Shown: positions 50,435 through 63,483 of the stretch, one piece after another | Layout: each line of letters begins with the position of its first letter | Numbering within the stretch: position 1 is the stretch's first letter | Source of the DNA: Macrostomum lignano | Lineage: Eukaryota | Assembly (NCBI GenBank): GCA_002269645.1 | Contig: NIVC01001620.1 | Span: 186,001 to 250,000, forward strand | Length of the DNA: 64,000 nucleotides | Reading direction: 5' to 3' | The notes under the pieces: model-generated | The model's database searches: none | What the model was told of the DNA's origin: nothing | What the model saw: only the letters and a program-made list of their open reading frames with translations | Translations under genes and position numbers: made by a program

Positions 50435-52231
50435 TATATACTATAGTTAGGAAGGTGACACTGTCACACATAATTTTTAGATGACTATTGAGATAAAGTA
50501 GTAGTAGTATGCTTTAGAAAGCATATAGACTATATTCTACAAAATAAATGAAATTTCTATGGGACTATGCACCTAGGCACCAAAAAAGCTAATAGGTCTA
50601 CATTGCAGATTGGCTCAAAAAGAAGACAAATGCATATAGAAGCAAAAAAGGTAATAAACTAGGTTGCTCATTTTAGCTTTTAATAGGCCTATTAAAAATC
50701 TAAATTCTTAAAATTGACTCACATTATGCCATTTTATGGCATTATTTTACCCAAGTTTAAAGTATTATTAATTACTAAGGTATTACAATTTAAAGAAAAG
50801 CTACAAGATAGATATGCTTCCCTCCTAAACTTTTAATTAAATGATAAGAGAAATAAAAATCAGATAGAATATAAATTAAAATTTGAATTAAAATAGGCTG
50901 ATAAGCAAGTAAAATAACATAAAAAAATTATTATTTTTTTCTTTAAAATTTTGTTATACTATTTTAATTTTAACAAATACAAATACATAAGTTTATTATT
51001 ATTGAAATGCTTAATGACTTATAAAAATAAAGCTGATATAAATATGTCTACTTTTATAACCATCATTTTCCTAATTAATTGCCATATTAATATATATATA
51101 TTTCTTGTTTAATCTTCTAATTTCTATTTATTTATCATGTTATATTAGGGTTATACAAAAATATTTGATAAAATAAATTGTTTTTCATTTGTTTTTTATT
51201 TATATTTTTTATAATGTTACTAAAATCATTATGTAAATATTTGCAATTATTTCAATAGAATTTTTTTTGGTTGCTAGGTTAATAGCTCAATAAAGATCAG
51301 TTTCTATTTTTATATTTAAATTATAATTTAAATAAAAATATTCTATTCTATTCTATTTCTGTTCTATTCTATTTCTTAAATATTAATATTCTAAATACTT
51401 TTTTTATAATGTTTTTATTAAAAAATCTTATTTTATACTATCTTTAGTTTTTTAATTTTAATAGGGGCTTATATACCAAAAGGAGAGGTTTGAGTTTGCA
51501 ATATTATCAACAAGTTTCTTAGGCCTAGTATTCAATCTATCAGTAATTCTTAATTTCTAAGCTAGCTAGGATCTTATGTAATAGCTATTATACATATTCT
51601 AGATTTCTTTGAATGGTTAAAGTATAGTGTCACTTTTGTATCAACTAGGTTGCCAAATTATAAAAATCATTGAATGAAAGCTGGCATCAACCAAAAAGTT
51701 CAAAATAAAATAAAATATTAGCATCTTTATTCCATTCCTTTACATTGCTAAGCCTTTGGCACATAGAATGTACTGAAAGCTTCAAAGTCAATTTTTAACA
51801 AATTATTTAATTTTTATAATTGAAAAAGCTCATTCAGTCAAAAGAACCACTATAATTATAAAATTAGTGATTTATTCTACATAAAATAATTTTAGAACTT
51901 TAAATTTAATTAAATTAAATAATTAAAATATCCCAATTATATATTATGTAATAATATTGCTACATACTATGACAAAGAAATAAAACCTAGCATATATTCA
52001 ATCATCTTTCAACTGCCAGTATATAACTATTGTCATTTTATGATACTTTGCTAATCTTTAGTAGGGTACTCATGATTTTCAGTCTATTGTATAGATCATT
52101 TTACATTTTTACATACATTTCAGCACTCTTCCCTGGCATCAGTGTGGAGAGGATTGCTAAGTGTGGACCTGGGACCCTGAGCTAAACAGATCCTAAGAGT
52201 GCAGTTTGGCACCCAGCCAACCCTTAGACCC

Positions 52232-54266
52232 ATGGACTGGCTTGTTCGCGAAGTGAGCGTCAGTTTCACTGGCAACCGCTATCCCGTTCACATTGGCTGG
52301 CTCATTGTTCAAGTGCTATGCGCCTCCTTATTCTGGCTATTCATGTACGCCGCCCTGTGCCTCTCCATGCCTAGATTCCGCTGCGAGTGGCACTGCCGCA
52401 TTGTCACTGCAGTCCACGCCCTGATTGTGTCCGCTCTGGCCTTTCTGGACGTCTTCATTATTGGCAGAATCCCGTTCTATCATAAGAATCAAGGTGAGGG
52501 ATGTCAGGATCTAGGCCAGGGCCTGTTAGACATACTCGTTCGAATATCTGTTTCACTTGTTACTCCTTATTATGCAATCTTACTAAGGTGTTTAGTGAAA
52601 ATTTTCAGATGTATTAGTAAAAGGTAAAAGCTTCAATAATAATAATAACAATAATTGATTACAGATGCTCAGCCGCAGCTATTGCGCTGCGCATCTGAAG
52701 GCTGTGTACGGCTGTTCAGTCCAAGGACGGGGAGGGGGTCGCCACACACCCTCAATTACCCCAGCTAATGCTTGCACCCCATTTTACAGCTGGGTGAACT
52801 GAAGCAAAGCAGAGTTAAGTGTCTTGCTCAAGGACACAAATTGTTCCGAGTGGGGCAAGAATCGAACCCTCGACCTTTCAGACATAAGTCTGACGCTCCA
52901 ACCACTAGGCTGCAACCCCTCAAAAAGCTTTTAAATACATTTTAGGATTCTCTAAGTTTAGATAGTGAGCAGTATTTAGTTATGAATCTATTTAAAATCA
53001 TTAATTTGCTGAATCATTCCACCATTAATCTTGTAGTCCTGCCTTACACGGAACTGGAAAGGCTAATATTCACGGCCAGCCTCGGCTATTTTATATTCGA
53101 CATCTCCTGGTGCCTGTACTATCAAACTGAGGGCCCCTTCATGCTGTTCCATCACGCTATGAGCATTCTGGGCCTGGCCGGCACCCTGCTGATGGGCAAA
53201 TGCGGCGCTGAGATGGCCGCCACTGTTGGTGGGACGGAGGTCACCAATCCAGTGCTGCAGTTGCGATGGTTCCTGCGGGAACAGGTGGGTTTTGCTTGCT
53301 CAGCTTTTATTGCTGCTTGGCATTTTTGTGTGTCTGTATGGGGATTCCATTGTGTCTGTATGGAGTTTTGTTTGATTATTCCATTGTGTCTGTATAGAGT
53401 TTTGTTTGGGGATTCCATTGTGTCTGAATGGGGATTCCATTGTGTCTGTATGGGGATTCCATTGTGTCTGTATGGGGTTTTGTTTGGGGATTCCATTGTG
53501 TCTGTATGGGGTTTTGTTTGGGGATTCCATTGTGATTTGTGTCTGTATGGGGTTTTGTTTGGGGATTCCATTGTGTCTGTATGGGGTTTTGTTTGGGGAT
53601 TCCATTGTGTCTGTAGGAGGCTCGGTTTGGGGATTCCATTGTGGCTCGGTTTGGGAATCCATAGTTTCTATTTTTAGCTTTCTGTTTGTGACCGTGGTTT
53701 GAGACTCCACTGTTACTATATTTACTTTGGGGATCCACTATTTCTAGTATTAATTGGGTATGTGCGAGCATTAAAAGTACATTGAGTGTACTCTAGAATC
53801 GAGCTCACAATTTGCTATAACTCGCTGGCAGGGCTTCACCGGCACCAGGCTGATGATGGGAGTTGAGGTGCTGTTCATGGTCAGCTTCGGAGTGATGCGC
53901 CTGCTGTTGGGCGGCGCTCTCATAATCTCATATTTTACCAATCCGCACACCGAACTGCTTGGCCGGCTGGCTGCTGTAGTGATCTACGGCATCGGCGTGA
54001 TTTTCTACGCCCAGCTGTGCAGCTACTGCATGCACAGATTCCGCAGGCGCGCCCCAATTGTCGTCGCTTCAAATGGCACCGCCCATCATCATTTGGCGCA
54101 GTCGGTCTCGGATAGCTCGCTGGTGGCTGCCAGCCCAGCTGGCGGAGCCGGCGACAGTCCCATAGTGTCGCCAGCTGGAGTGGCAACTGTTCTGTCCTTC
54201 TCGGCTTCGTCTGGCGATTTAAATCGAGCATTGGACACTGCCGGCTCGAGTAGGAAGCAGCATTAG
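52232..54266 (+). CDS. TLCD5: TLC-domain protein TLCD5/TMEM136-like, 3 exons, about 314 aa
   Basis: Exons 52232-52493, 53037-53284, 53832-54266 total 945 nt. Motifs EWHCRIVTAVHA, SLGYFIFDISWC, MLFHHAMSILG, GTEVTNPVLQLRWFLRE match the TMEM136 family as recalled. Confidence 0.88.
52634..52922 (-). mobile_element. tRNA-derived CORE-type SINE in TLCD5 intron 1
   Basis: On the minus strand, a tRNA-like head (A-box CCTAGTGG, B-box GGTTCGATTC at 52859-52868), the central TGTGTCCTTGAGCAAGACACTTAACTC...CAGCTGTAAAATGGG, and a (TTA)n tail. 8-bp TSD AAAAGCTT at 52626-52633 and 52923-52930. Confidence 0.85.
53330..53665. repeat. Minisatellite (GGGGATTCCATTGTGTCTGTATGGGGTTTTGTTT-type) in TLCD5 intron 2
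   Basis: Tandem periodicity with deletion variants. Confidence 0.88.
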
Positions 54267-54454
54267 AGTGCGTAGTGCTGCCGAGTTTTGCTTCTAGTGA
54301 ATGAATAGCGCACTGATTTCTGCTCAATAGTGTCCGCGCTTGTTCATGTTGCTTTTAACAATCTTCTTAATATTTCAACACTTACACCTGAGATCAGGAG
54401 AGAGAATTTTCTGCTACTTTAAGTAGTATATAGTAAGATTTTAGCTGGTCAGAT

Positions 54455-55612
54455 GAATAGATAGCAGCTCACTGAATAGATAGCAGCTCACTGAATAGAT
54501 AGCAGCTCACTGAATAGATAGCAGCAGCTCACTGAATGGATAGCAGCTCACTGAATGGATAGCAGCTCACTGAATAGATAGCAGCTCACTGAATAGATAG
54601 CAGCTCACTGAATAGATAGCAGCAGCTCACTGAATAGATAGCAGCTCACTGAATAGATAGCAGCTCACTGAATAGATAGCAGCTCACTGAATAGATAGCA
54701 GCTCACTGAATAGATAGCAGCTCACTGAATAGATAGCAGCAGCTCACTGAATAGCTAGCAGCTCACTGAATAGATAGCAGCAGCTCACTGAATGGATAGC
54801 AGCTCACTGAATGGATAGCAGCTCACTGAATGGATAGCAGCTCACTGAATGGATAGCAGCAGCTCACTGAATGGATAGCAGCTCACTAAATGGATAGCAG
54901 CAGCTCACTGAATAGATAGCAGCTCACTGAATGGATAGCAGCTCACTGAATGGATAGCAGCAGCTCACTGAATGGATAGCAGCTCACTGAATGGATAGCA
55001 GCAGCTCACTGAATGGATAGCAGCTCACTGAATGGATAGCAGCTCACTGAATGGATAGCAGCTCACTGAATGGATAGCAGCTCACTGAATGGATAGCAGC
55101 TCACTGAATGGATAGCAGCTCACTGAATGGATAGCAGCAGCTCACTGAATAGCTAGCAGCTCACTGAATAGATAGCAGCAGCTCACTGAATAGATAGCAG
55201 CTCACTGAATGGATAGCAGGTCACTGAATAGATAGCAGCTCACTGAATAGATAGCAGCAGCTCACTGAATGGATAGCAGCAGCTCACTGAATAGATAGCA
55301 GCTCACTGAATGGATAGCAGCTCACTGAATGGATAGCAGCAGCTCACTGAATGGATAGCAGCTCACTGAATGGATAGCAGCAGCTCACTGAATGGATAGC
55401 AGCTCACTGAATGGATAGCAGCAGCTCACTGAATGGATAGCAGCTCACTGAATGGATAGCAGCAGCTCACTGAATGGATAGCAGCTCACTGAATGGATAG
55501 CAGCAGCTCACTGAATGGATAGCAGCTCACTGAATGGATAGCAGCAGCTCATTGAATAGATAGCAGCTCACTGAATAGATAGCAGCTACCTGAATGGATA
55601 GCAGGTCACTGA
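54455..55612. repeat. 19/22-bp minisatellite (GCAGCTCACTGAATRGATA[GCA])n
   Basis: Tandem periodicity read directly. Confidence 0.94.
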
Positions 55613-56526
55613 ACCACTTGGTAGTCTAATCTAAGTACCTTGAAACCTGTACTACAACTTGATGGCTGGCATCACACATTTAATTTAGCGGTTATTTTTA
55701 TTACCTTTTGAGCATATGACTTGCTTGCTACTCGTTAGTAGTTTTGACGCATATTTGTAGCCCGATATTTTTAGCCCTGACGACCAATCTTCTTACAGCT
55801 TGCCTGCGCCCAGCAATTGTTGGACGGTATTTTGTTGTCTCAAACTTATGTTTGAACTCAATACTTTAGTTAGTAATTTTTACTAATTAATTTTTAGCGT
55901 TACTGCACAATTGCTTTGCTGTCTTGAACTCAATGAATACGAGCGGGTACATAGTGATATGGTTATCAGTACATCTATTTTTCTAGGTTTGAGCTGAAAT
56001 CCGTCCCGTTTTAAAGTTTTAGAATGATAGTAAGAATGCAAAAATTATCATTTTCTCTTATTGCTACTGATTTCATTTGAGCCAGTAGTATGATTTGCTT
56101 TTCTTAAAATGATTTTAATTCGTTTTTTTCACCTTGATATTTATGTCGGTTTTCTTTATTTTCTCATGTGCTCTGCTGTGTTGACTAAATGCCTTTAAAG
56201 CGATATTTTTCTGACTGTTTGCTCTGTTTTGCACTGAACTTACACCAGGAGCCTTAATACAGATATCGATTTTTAATTTGCACCTTTTCAGCTTTATCTT
56301 TTTGTCATGTAAAAAAAGTTTTTTCACGTCTACGTGGCCAGGCCCAGTGTCGGTTTATTTGTCTCAATTGTTGCTTTGTAGTTCGCGTAAATGTACATTC
56401 GGTTCTTCTCCTGACTGGCTTGTTGATTTTTCTGCTGCAGCTGACTTTTGCATTGACTTTTTCATTTGTTAGACCGGCCTTAAGGAGCTGTCCCTGATGC
56501 CTGACCCCTGACTCTTGTTGGCCCTG

Positions 56527-59500
56527 AACTGTCCCAATCCGTGTACCACATCCCTCCAGACTGTCCCAATTTGTGTCCCATCCCTCCAGACTGTCCCAAT
56601 TTGTGTCCCACATCCCTCCAGACTGTCTCAACCCGTGTCCCATCCCTCCAGACTGTCCCAATTTGTGTCCCACATCCCTCCAGACTGTCCCAATTTGTGT
56701 CCCACATCCCTCCAGACTGTCCCAATCCGTGTACCACATCCCTCCAGACTGTCCCAATTCGTGTCCCACATCCCTCCAGACTGTCCCAATTCGTGTCCCA
56801 CATCCCTCCAGACTGTCCCAATTTGTGTCCCACATCCCTCCAGACTGTCCCAATTTGTGTCCCATCCCTCCAGACTGTCCCAATTTGTGTCCCACATCCC
56901 TCCAGACTGTCCCAATTTGTGTCCTACATCCCTCCAGACTGTCCCAATTTGTGTCCCACATCCCTCCAGACTGTCCCAATCCGTGTCCCACATCCCTCCA
57001 GACTGTCCCAATTTGTGTCCCACATCCCTCCAGACTGTCCCAATTTGTGTCCCACATCCCTCCAGACTGTCCCAATTTGTGTCCCACATCCCTCCAGACT
57101 GTCCCAATCCGTGTCCCACATCCCTCCAGACTGTCCCAATTTGTGTCCCACATCCCTCCAGACTGTCCCAACCCGTGTCCCACATCCCTCCAGACTGTCC
57201 CAATTTGTGTCCCATCCCTCCAGACTGTCCCAATTTGTGTCCCACATCCCTCCAGACTGTCCCAATTTGTGTCCTACATCCCTCCAGACTGTCCCAATTT
57301 GTGTCCCACATCCCTCCAGACTGTCCCAATTCGTGTCCCACATCCCTCCAGACTGTCCCAATTCGTGTCCCACATCCCTCCAGACTGTCCCAATTTGTGT
57401 CCCACATCCCTCCAGACTGTCCCAATTCGTGTCCCACATCCCTCCAGACTGTCCCAATTCGTGTCCCACATCCCTCCAGACTGTCCCAATTCGTGTCCCA
57501 CATCCCTCCAGACTGTCCCAATTTGTGTCCCACATCCCTCCAGACTGTCCCAATTTGTGTCCCACATCCCTCCAGACTGTCCCAATTTGTGTCCCACATC
57601 CCTCCAGACTGTCCCAATTTGTGTCCTACATCCCTCCAGACTGTCCCAATTTGTGTCCCACATCCCTCCAGACTGTCCCAATCCGTGTCCCACATCCCTC
57701 CAGACTGTCCCAATTCGTGTCCCACATCCCTCCAGACTGTCCCAATTCGTGTCCCACATCCCTCCAGACTGTCCCAATCCGTGTCCCACATCCCTCCAGA
57801 CTGTCCCAATCCGTGTCCCACATCCCTCCAGACTGTCCCAATCCGTGTCCCACATCCCTCCAGACTGTCCCAATTTGTGTCCCACATCCCTCCAGACTGT
57901 CCCAATTTGTGTCCCACATCCCTCCAGACTGTCCCAATTTGTGTCCCACATCCCTCCAGACTGTCCCAATTTGTGTCCCACATCCCTCCAGACTGTCCCA
58001 ATTTGTGTCCTACATCCCTCCAGACTGTCCCAATTTGTGTCCCACATCCCTCCAGACTGTCCCAATTTGTGTCCCACATCCCTCCAGACTGTCCCAATTT
58101 GTGTCCCACATCCCTCCAGACTGTCCCAATTCGTGTCCCACATCCCTCCAGACTGTCCCAATTTGTGTCCCACATCCCTCCAGACTGTCCCAATTTGTGT
58201 CCCACATCCCTCCAGACTGTCCCAATTTGTGTCCCACATCCCTCCAGACTGTCCCAATTTGTGTCCTACATCCCTCCAGACTGTCCCAATTTGTGTCCCA
58301 CATCCCTCCAGACTGTCCCAATTTGTGTCCCACATCCCTCCAGACTGTCCCAATTTGTGTCCCACATCCCTCCAGACTGTCCCAATTTGTGTCCCACATC
58401 CCTCCAGACTGTCCCAATTTGTGTCCCACATCCCTCCAGACTGTCCCAATTTGTGTCCCACATCCCTCCAGACTGTCCCAATTTGTGTCCCACATCCCTC
58501 CAGACTGTCCCAATTCGTGTCCCACATCCCTCCAGACTGTCCCAATTTGTGTCCCACATCCCTCCAGACTGTCCCAATTTGTGTCCCACATCCCTCCAGA
58601 CTGTCCCAATTTGTGTCCCACATCCCTCCAGACTGTCCCAATTTGTGTCCCACATCCCTCCAGACTGTCCCAATTTGTGTCCCACATCCCTCCAGACTGT
58701 CCCAATTCGTGTCCCACATCCCTCCAGACTGTCCCAATTTGTGTCCCACATCCCTCCAGACTGTCCCAATCCGTGTCCCACATCCCTCCAGACTGTCCCA
58801 ATTTGTGTCCCACATCCCTCCAGACTGTCCCAATCCGTGTCCCACATCCCTCCAGACTGTCCCAATTTGTGTCCCACATCCCTCCAGACTGTCCCAATTT
58901 GTGTCCCACATCCCTCCAGACTGTCCCAATTCGTGTCCCACATCTCTCCAGACTGTCTCAACCCGTGTCCCACATCCCTCCAGACTGTCCCAATCCGTAT
59001 TCCACATCCCTCCAGACTGTCCCAACCCGTGTCGTCCCACATCTCTCCAGACTGTCCCAATTCGTGTCCCACATCCCTCCAGACTGTCCCAACCCGTGTC
59101 CCACATCCCTCCAGACTGTCCCAATTCGTGTCCCACATCCCTCCAGACTGTCCCAATTCGTGTCCCACATCCCTCCAGACTGTCCCAACCCGTGTCGTCC
59201 AACATCTCTCCAGACTGTTCCAACCCGTGTCCCACATCTCTCCAGACTGTCCCAACCCGTTTCCCACATCTCTCCAGACTGTTCCAACCCGTGTCCCACA
59301 TCTCTCCAGACTGTTCCAACCCGTGTCCCACATCTCTCCAGACTGTTCCAACCAGTGTCCCACATCTCTCCAGACTGTTCCAACCAGTGTCCCACATCTC
59401 TCCAGCTTGTTCCAACCCGTGTCCCACATCTCTCCAGACTGTTCCAACCCGTGTCCCACATCTCTCCAGACTGTCCCAACCCGTTTCCCACATCCCTCCA

Positions 59501-61709
59501 GACTGTCCCAACCCGTTTCCCACATCTCTCCAGACTGTTCCAACCCTTGTCCCACATCCCTCCAGACTGTCCCAACCCGTGTCCCACATCTCTCCAGACT
59601 GTCCCAACCCGTTTCCCACATCTCTCCAGACTGTTCCAACCCGTGTCCCACATCTCTCCAGACTGTTCCAACCCGTGTCCCACATCTCTCCAGACTGTCC
59701 CAATTCGTGTCCCACATCTCTCCAGACTGTTCCAATTTGTGTCCCACATCCCTCCAGACTGTCCCAATTCGTGTCCCACATCCCTCCAGACTGTCCCAAT
59801 TTGTGTCCCACATCCCTCCAGACTGTCCCAATTTGTGTCCTACATCCCTCCAGACTGTCCCAATTTGTGTCCCACATCCCTCCAGACTGTCCCAATTTGT
59901 GTCCCACATCCCTCCAGACTGTCCCAATTTGTGTCCCACATCCCTCCAGACTGTCCCAATTTGTGTCCCACATCCCTCCAGACTGTCCCAATTTGTGTCC
60001 CACATCCCTCCAGACTGTCCCAATTTGTGTCCCACATCCCTCCAGACTGTCCCAATTTGTGTCCCACATCCCTCCAGACTGTCCCAATTCGTGTCCCACA
60101 TCCCTCCAGACTGTCCCAATTTGTGTCCCACATCCCTCCAGACTGTCCCAATTTGTGTCCCACATCCCTCCAGACTGTCCCAATTTGTGTCCCACATCCC
60201 TCCAGACTGTCCCAATTTGTGTCCCACATCCCTCCAGACTGTCCCAATTTGTGTCCCACATCCCTCCAGACTGTCCCAATTCGTGTCCCACATCCCTCCA
60301 GACTGTCCCAATTTGTGTCCCACATCCCTCCAGACTGTCCCAATCCGTGTCCCACATCCCTCCAGACTGTCCCAATTTGTGTCCCACATCCCTCCAGACT
60401 GTCCCAATCCGTGTCCCACATCCCTCCAGACTGTCCCAATTTGTGTCCCACATCCCTCCAGACTGTCCCAATTTGTGTCCCACATCCCTCCAGACTGTCC
60501 CAATTCGTGTCCCACATCTCTCCAGACTGTCTCAACCCGTGTCCCACATCCCTCCAGACTGTCCCAATCCGTATTCCACATCCCTCCAGACTGTCCCAAC
60601 CCGTGTCGTCCCACATCTCTCCAGACTGTCCCAATTCGTGTCCCACATCCCTCCAGACTGTCCCAACCCGTGTCCCACATCCCTCCAGACTGTCCCAATT
60701 CGTGTCCCACATCCCTCCAGACTGTCCCAATTCGTGTCCCACATCCCTCCAGACTGTCCCAACCCGTGTCGTCCAACATCTCTCCAGACTGTTCCAACCC
60801 GTGTCCCACATCTCTCCAGACTGTCCCAACCCGTTTCCCACATCTCTCCAGACTGTTCCAACCCGTGTCCCACATCTCTCCAGACTGTTCCAACCCGTGT
60901 CCCACATCTCTCCAGACTGTTCCAACCAGTGTCCCACATCTCTCCAGACTGTTCCAACCAGTGTCCCACAACTCTCCAGCTTGTTCCAACCCGTGTCCCA
61001 CATCTCTCCAGACTGTTCCAACCCGTGTCCCACATCTCTCCAGACTGTCCCAACCCGTTTCCCACATCCCTCCAGACTGTCCCAACCCGTTTCCCACATC
61101 TCTCCAGACTGTTCCAACCCTTGTCCCACATCCCTCCAGACTGTTCCAACCCGTGTCCCACATCTCTCCAGACTGTCCCAACCCGTTTCCCACATCTCTC
61201 CAGACTGTTCCAACCCGTGTCCCACATCTCTCCAGACTGTTCCAACCCGTGTCCCACATCTCTCCAGACTGTCCCAATTCGTGTCCCACATCTCTCCAGA
61301 CTGTTCCAACCCGTGTCCCACATCTCTCCAGACTGTCCCAATTCGTGTCCCACATCTCTCCAGACTGTTCCAACCCGTGTCCCACATCTCTCCAGACTGT
61401 CCCAATTCGTGTCCCACATCTCTCCAGACTGTTCCAACCCGTGTCCCACATCTCTCCAGACTGTCCCAATTCGTGTCCCACATCTCTCCAGACTGTTCCA
61501 ACCCGTGTCCCACATCTCTCCAGACTGTCCCAATTCGTGTCCCACATCTCTCCAGACTGTTCCAACCCGTGTCCCACATCTCTCCAGACTGTTCCAACCC
61601 GTGTCCCACATCTCTCCAGACTGTCCCAACCCGTGTCCCACATCCCTCCAGACTGTTCAACCCGTGTCCCACATCTCTCCAGACTGTCCCAACCCGTGTC
61701 CCACATCCC
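56527..61709. repeat. 5.2-kb array of a 32-bp minisatellite (CCCACATCCCTCCAGACTGTCCCAATTTGTGT)n
   Basis: About 160 copies. The stop-free unit explains the giant ORFs in all frames. Confidence 0.97.
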
Positions 61710-62299
61710 TTATTATTTTGCACTGTTTTGTCAGTAGGCCAGTGTGTTCTGTTCTGCCGGCTTAAGTTGTCATTATTTCAAGTTTCACGTTTGTTCAATA
61801 CTGTAGAATTTTCTAAACAAATTTCTATATGAAAACCGTGCCTGAATAAACAAAACTATTTCGAGTTTCCTGTCTTCGTTCCACACGGCGTTGTCTTTCC
61901 TAATTTCTTGGCTTTTTATCTGACAACTCGGTCTCGAAATATCTAGACCTAGACTGAGCAGTAAGCAGAATGTCTCCATGTCCTAACTTAGTGTCATACT
62001 TTAGCCATTGCGGTCTAATCTACATTACTTTTTAGTGTGAATGCACATGAGAATGACAAAAATCGATATTGATACACCCGCCGCAGGTGTTGCCACCGTG
62101 TACTTTCGGTGGCTAGCATTTTGTTTGACTTTATTCGGTTTTGATAAGTCTAATCTAAATTTAATCTCTTAGGTGTAAAGCAAAGCAAAATTGTACGTGT
62201 GATCGTACTTGGTCTCTGTGCATTGAACTTCGAATGATCCACCTTACTCACACAGCTAACCCTACCGAACACATTCCTGACTTACTACTGTTCGGAACT

Positions 62300-63252
62300 T
62301 CTCCCTGACACAGTTCATTCGATTTCTATCTGAGTCGCTTGACCTCCCTGACACAGTTCATCCGATTCCTGTCTGAGTCCTTCTCCCTGACACAGTTCAT
62401 CCGATTCCTGTCTGAGTCCTTCTCCCTGACACAGTTCATCCGATTCCTGTCTGAGTCCTTCTCCCTGACACAGTTCATCCGATTCTGTCTGAGTCGCTTG
62501 ACCTTCTCCCTGACACAGTTCATCCGATTCTGTCTGAGTCCTTCTCCCTGACACAGTTCATCCGATTCTGTCTGAGTCGCTTGACCTCCCTGACACAGTT
62601 CATCCGATTCCTGTCTGAGTCCTTCTCCCTGACACAGTTCATCCGATTCTGTCTGAGTCGCTTGACCTCCCTGACACAGTTCATCCGATTCCTGTCTGAG
62701 TCCTTCTCCCTGACACAGTTCATTCGATTTCTATCTGAGTCGCTTGACCTCCCTGACACAGTTCATCCGATTCCTGTCTGAGTCCTTCTCCCTGACACAG
62801 TTCATCCGATTCTGTCTGAGTCGCTTGACCTTCTCCCTGACACAGTTCATCCGATTCTGTCTGAGTCGCTTGACCTTCTCCCTGACAGTTCATCCGATTC
62901 CTGTCTGAGTCACTTGACCTTCTCCCTGGCACAGTTGGTCCGATTCCTGACTTACTACTGTTGGGAACTTCTCCCTGACACAGTTCATTCGATTTCTATC
63001 TGAGTCGCTTGACCTCCCTGACACAGTTCATCCGATTCCTGTCTGAGTCCTTCTCCCTGACACAGTTCATCCCATTCTGTCGGAGTCGCTTGACCTTCTC
63101 CATGACACAGTTGGTCCGATTCCTGTCTGAGTCACTTGACCTTCCTGACACAGTTCATTCGATTTCTATCTGAGTCGCTTGACCTCCCTGACACAGTTCA
63201 TCCGATTCCTGTCTGAGTCCTTCTCCCTGACACAGTTGGTCCGATTCCTGAC
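62300..63252. repeat. About 39-bp minisatellite (CTCCCTGACACAGTTCATCCGATTCCTGTCTGAGTCCTT)n with variants
   Basis: Tandem periodicity; a unique lead-in segment occurs twice (about 62275 and 62943). Confidence 0.92.
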
Positions 63253-63483
63253 ACACAGATGTGCTTTGCTGACTCACCTATTCCACTCTCTGGCACATGA
63301 ATTGTACACCAGACTCATCTACATAACTTAAATGTATTTAAGCTCAATTGTCTCATTTGCTATAATCTGAAGCTTCATCCACCAAAATCTGTCAATTGCC
63401 TCACCGCTTCATGCATGCTTCCAGCCGCAGTTCGCGCCGCTCTGCAGCACTGAACTCCCGCCCAGCGCGCAGCACCCGTGTCA

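Noticed and set aside
52850-52920. A bona fide tRNA gene
   Set aside because: The anticodon arm has a 4-nt loop, and the sequence continues into a CORE body and tail bounded by a TSD, so it is a SINE head.
56305-61832. 1000-1760-aa ORFs on both strands
   Set aside because: A stop-free 32-bp unit read through three frames gives a 32-aa pseudo-repeat in all frames. There is no unique domain, start context or splice evidence.
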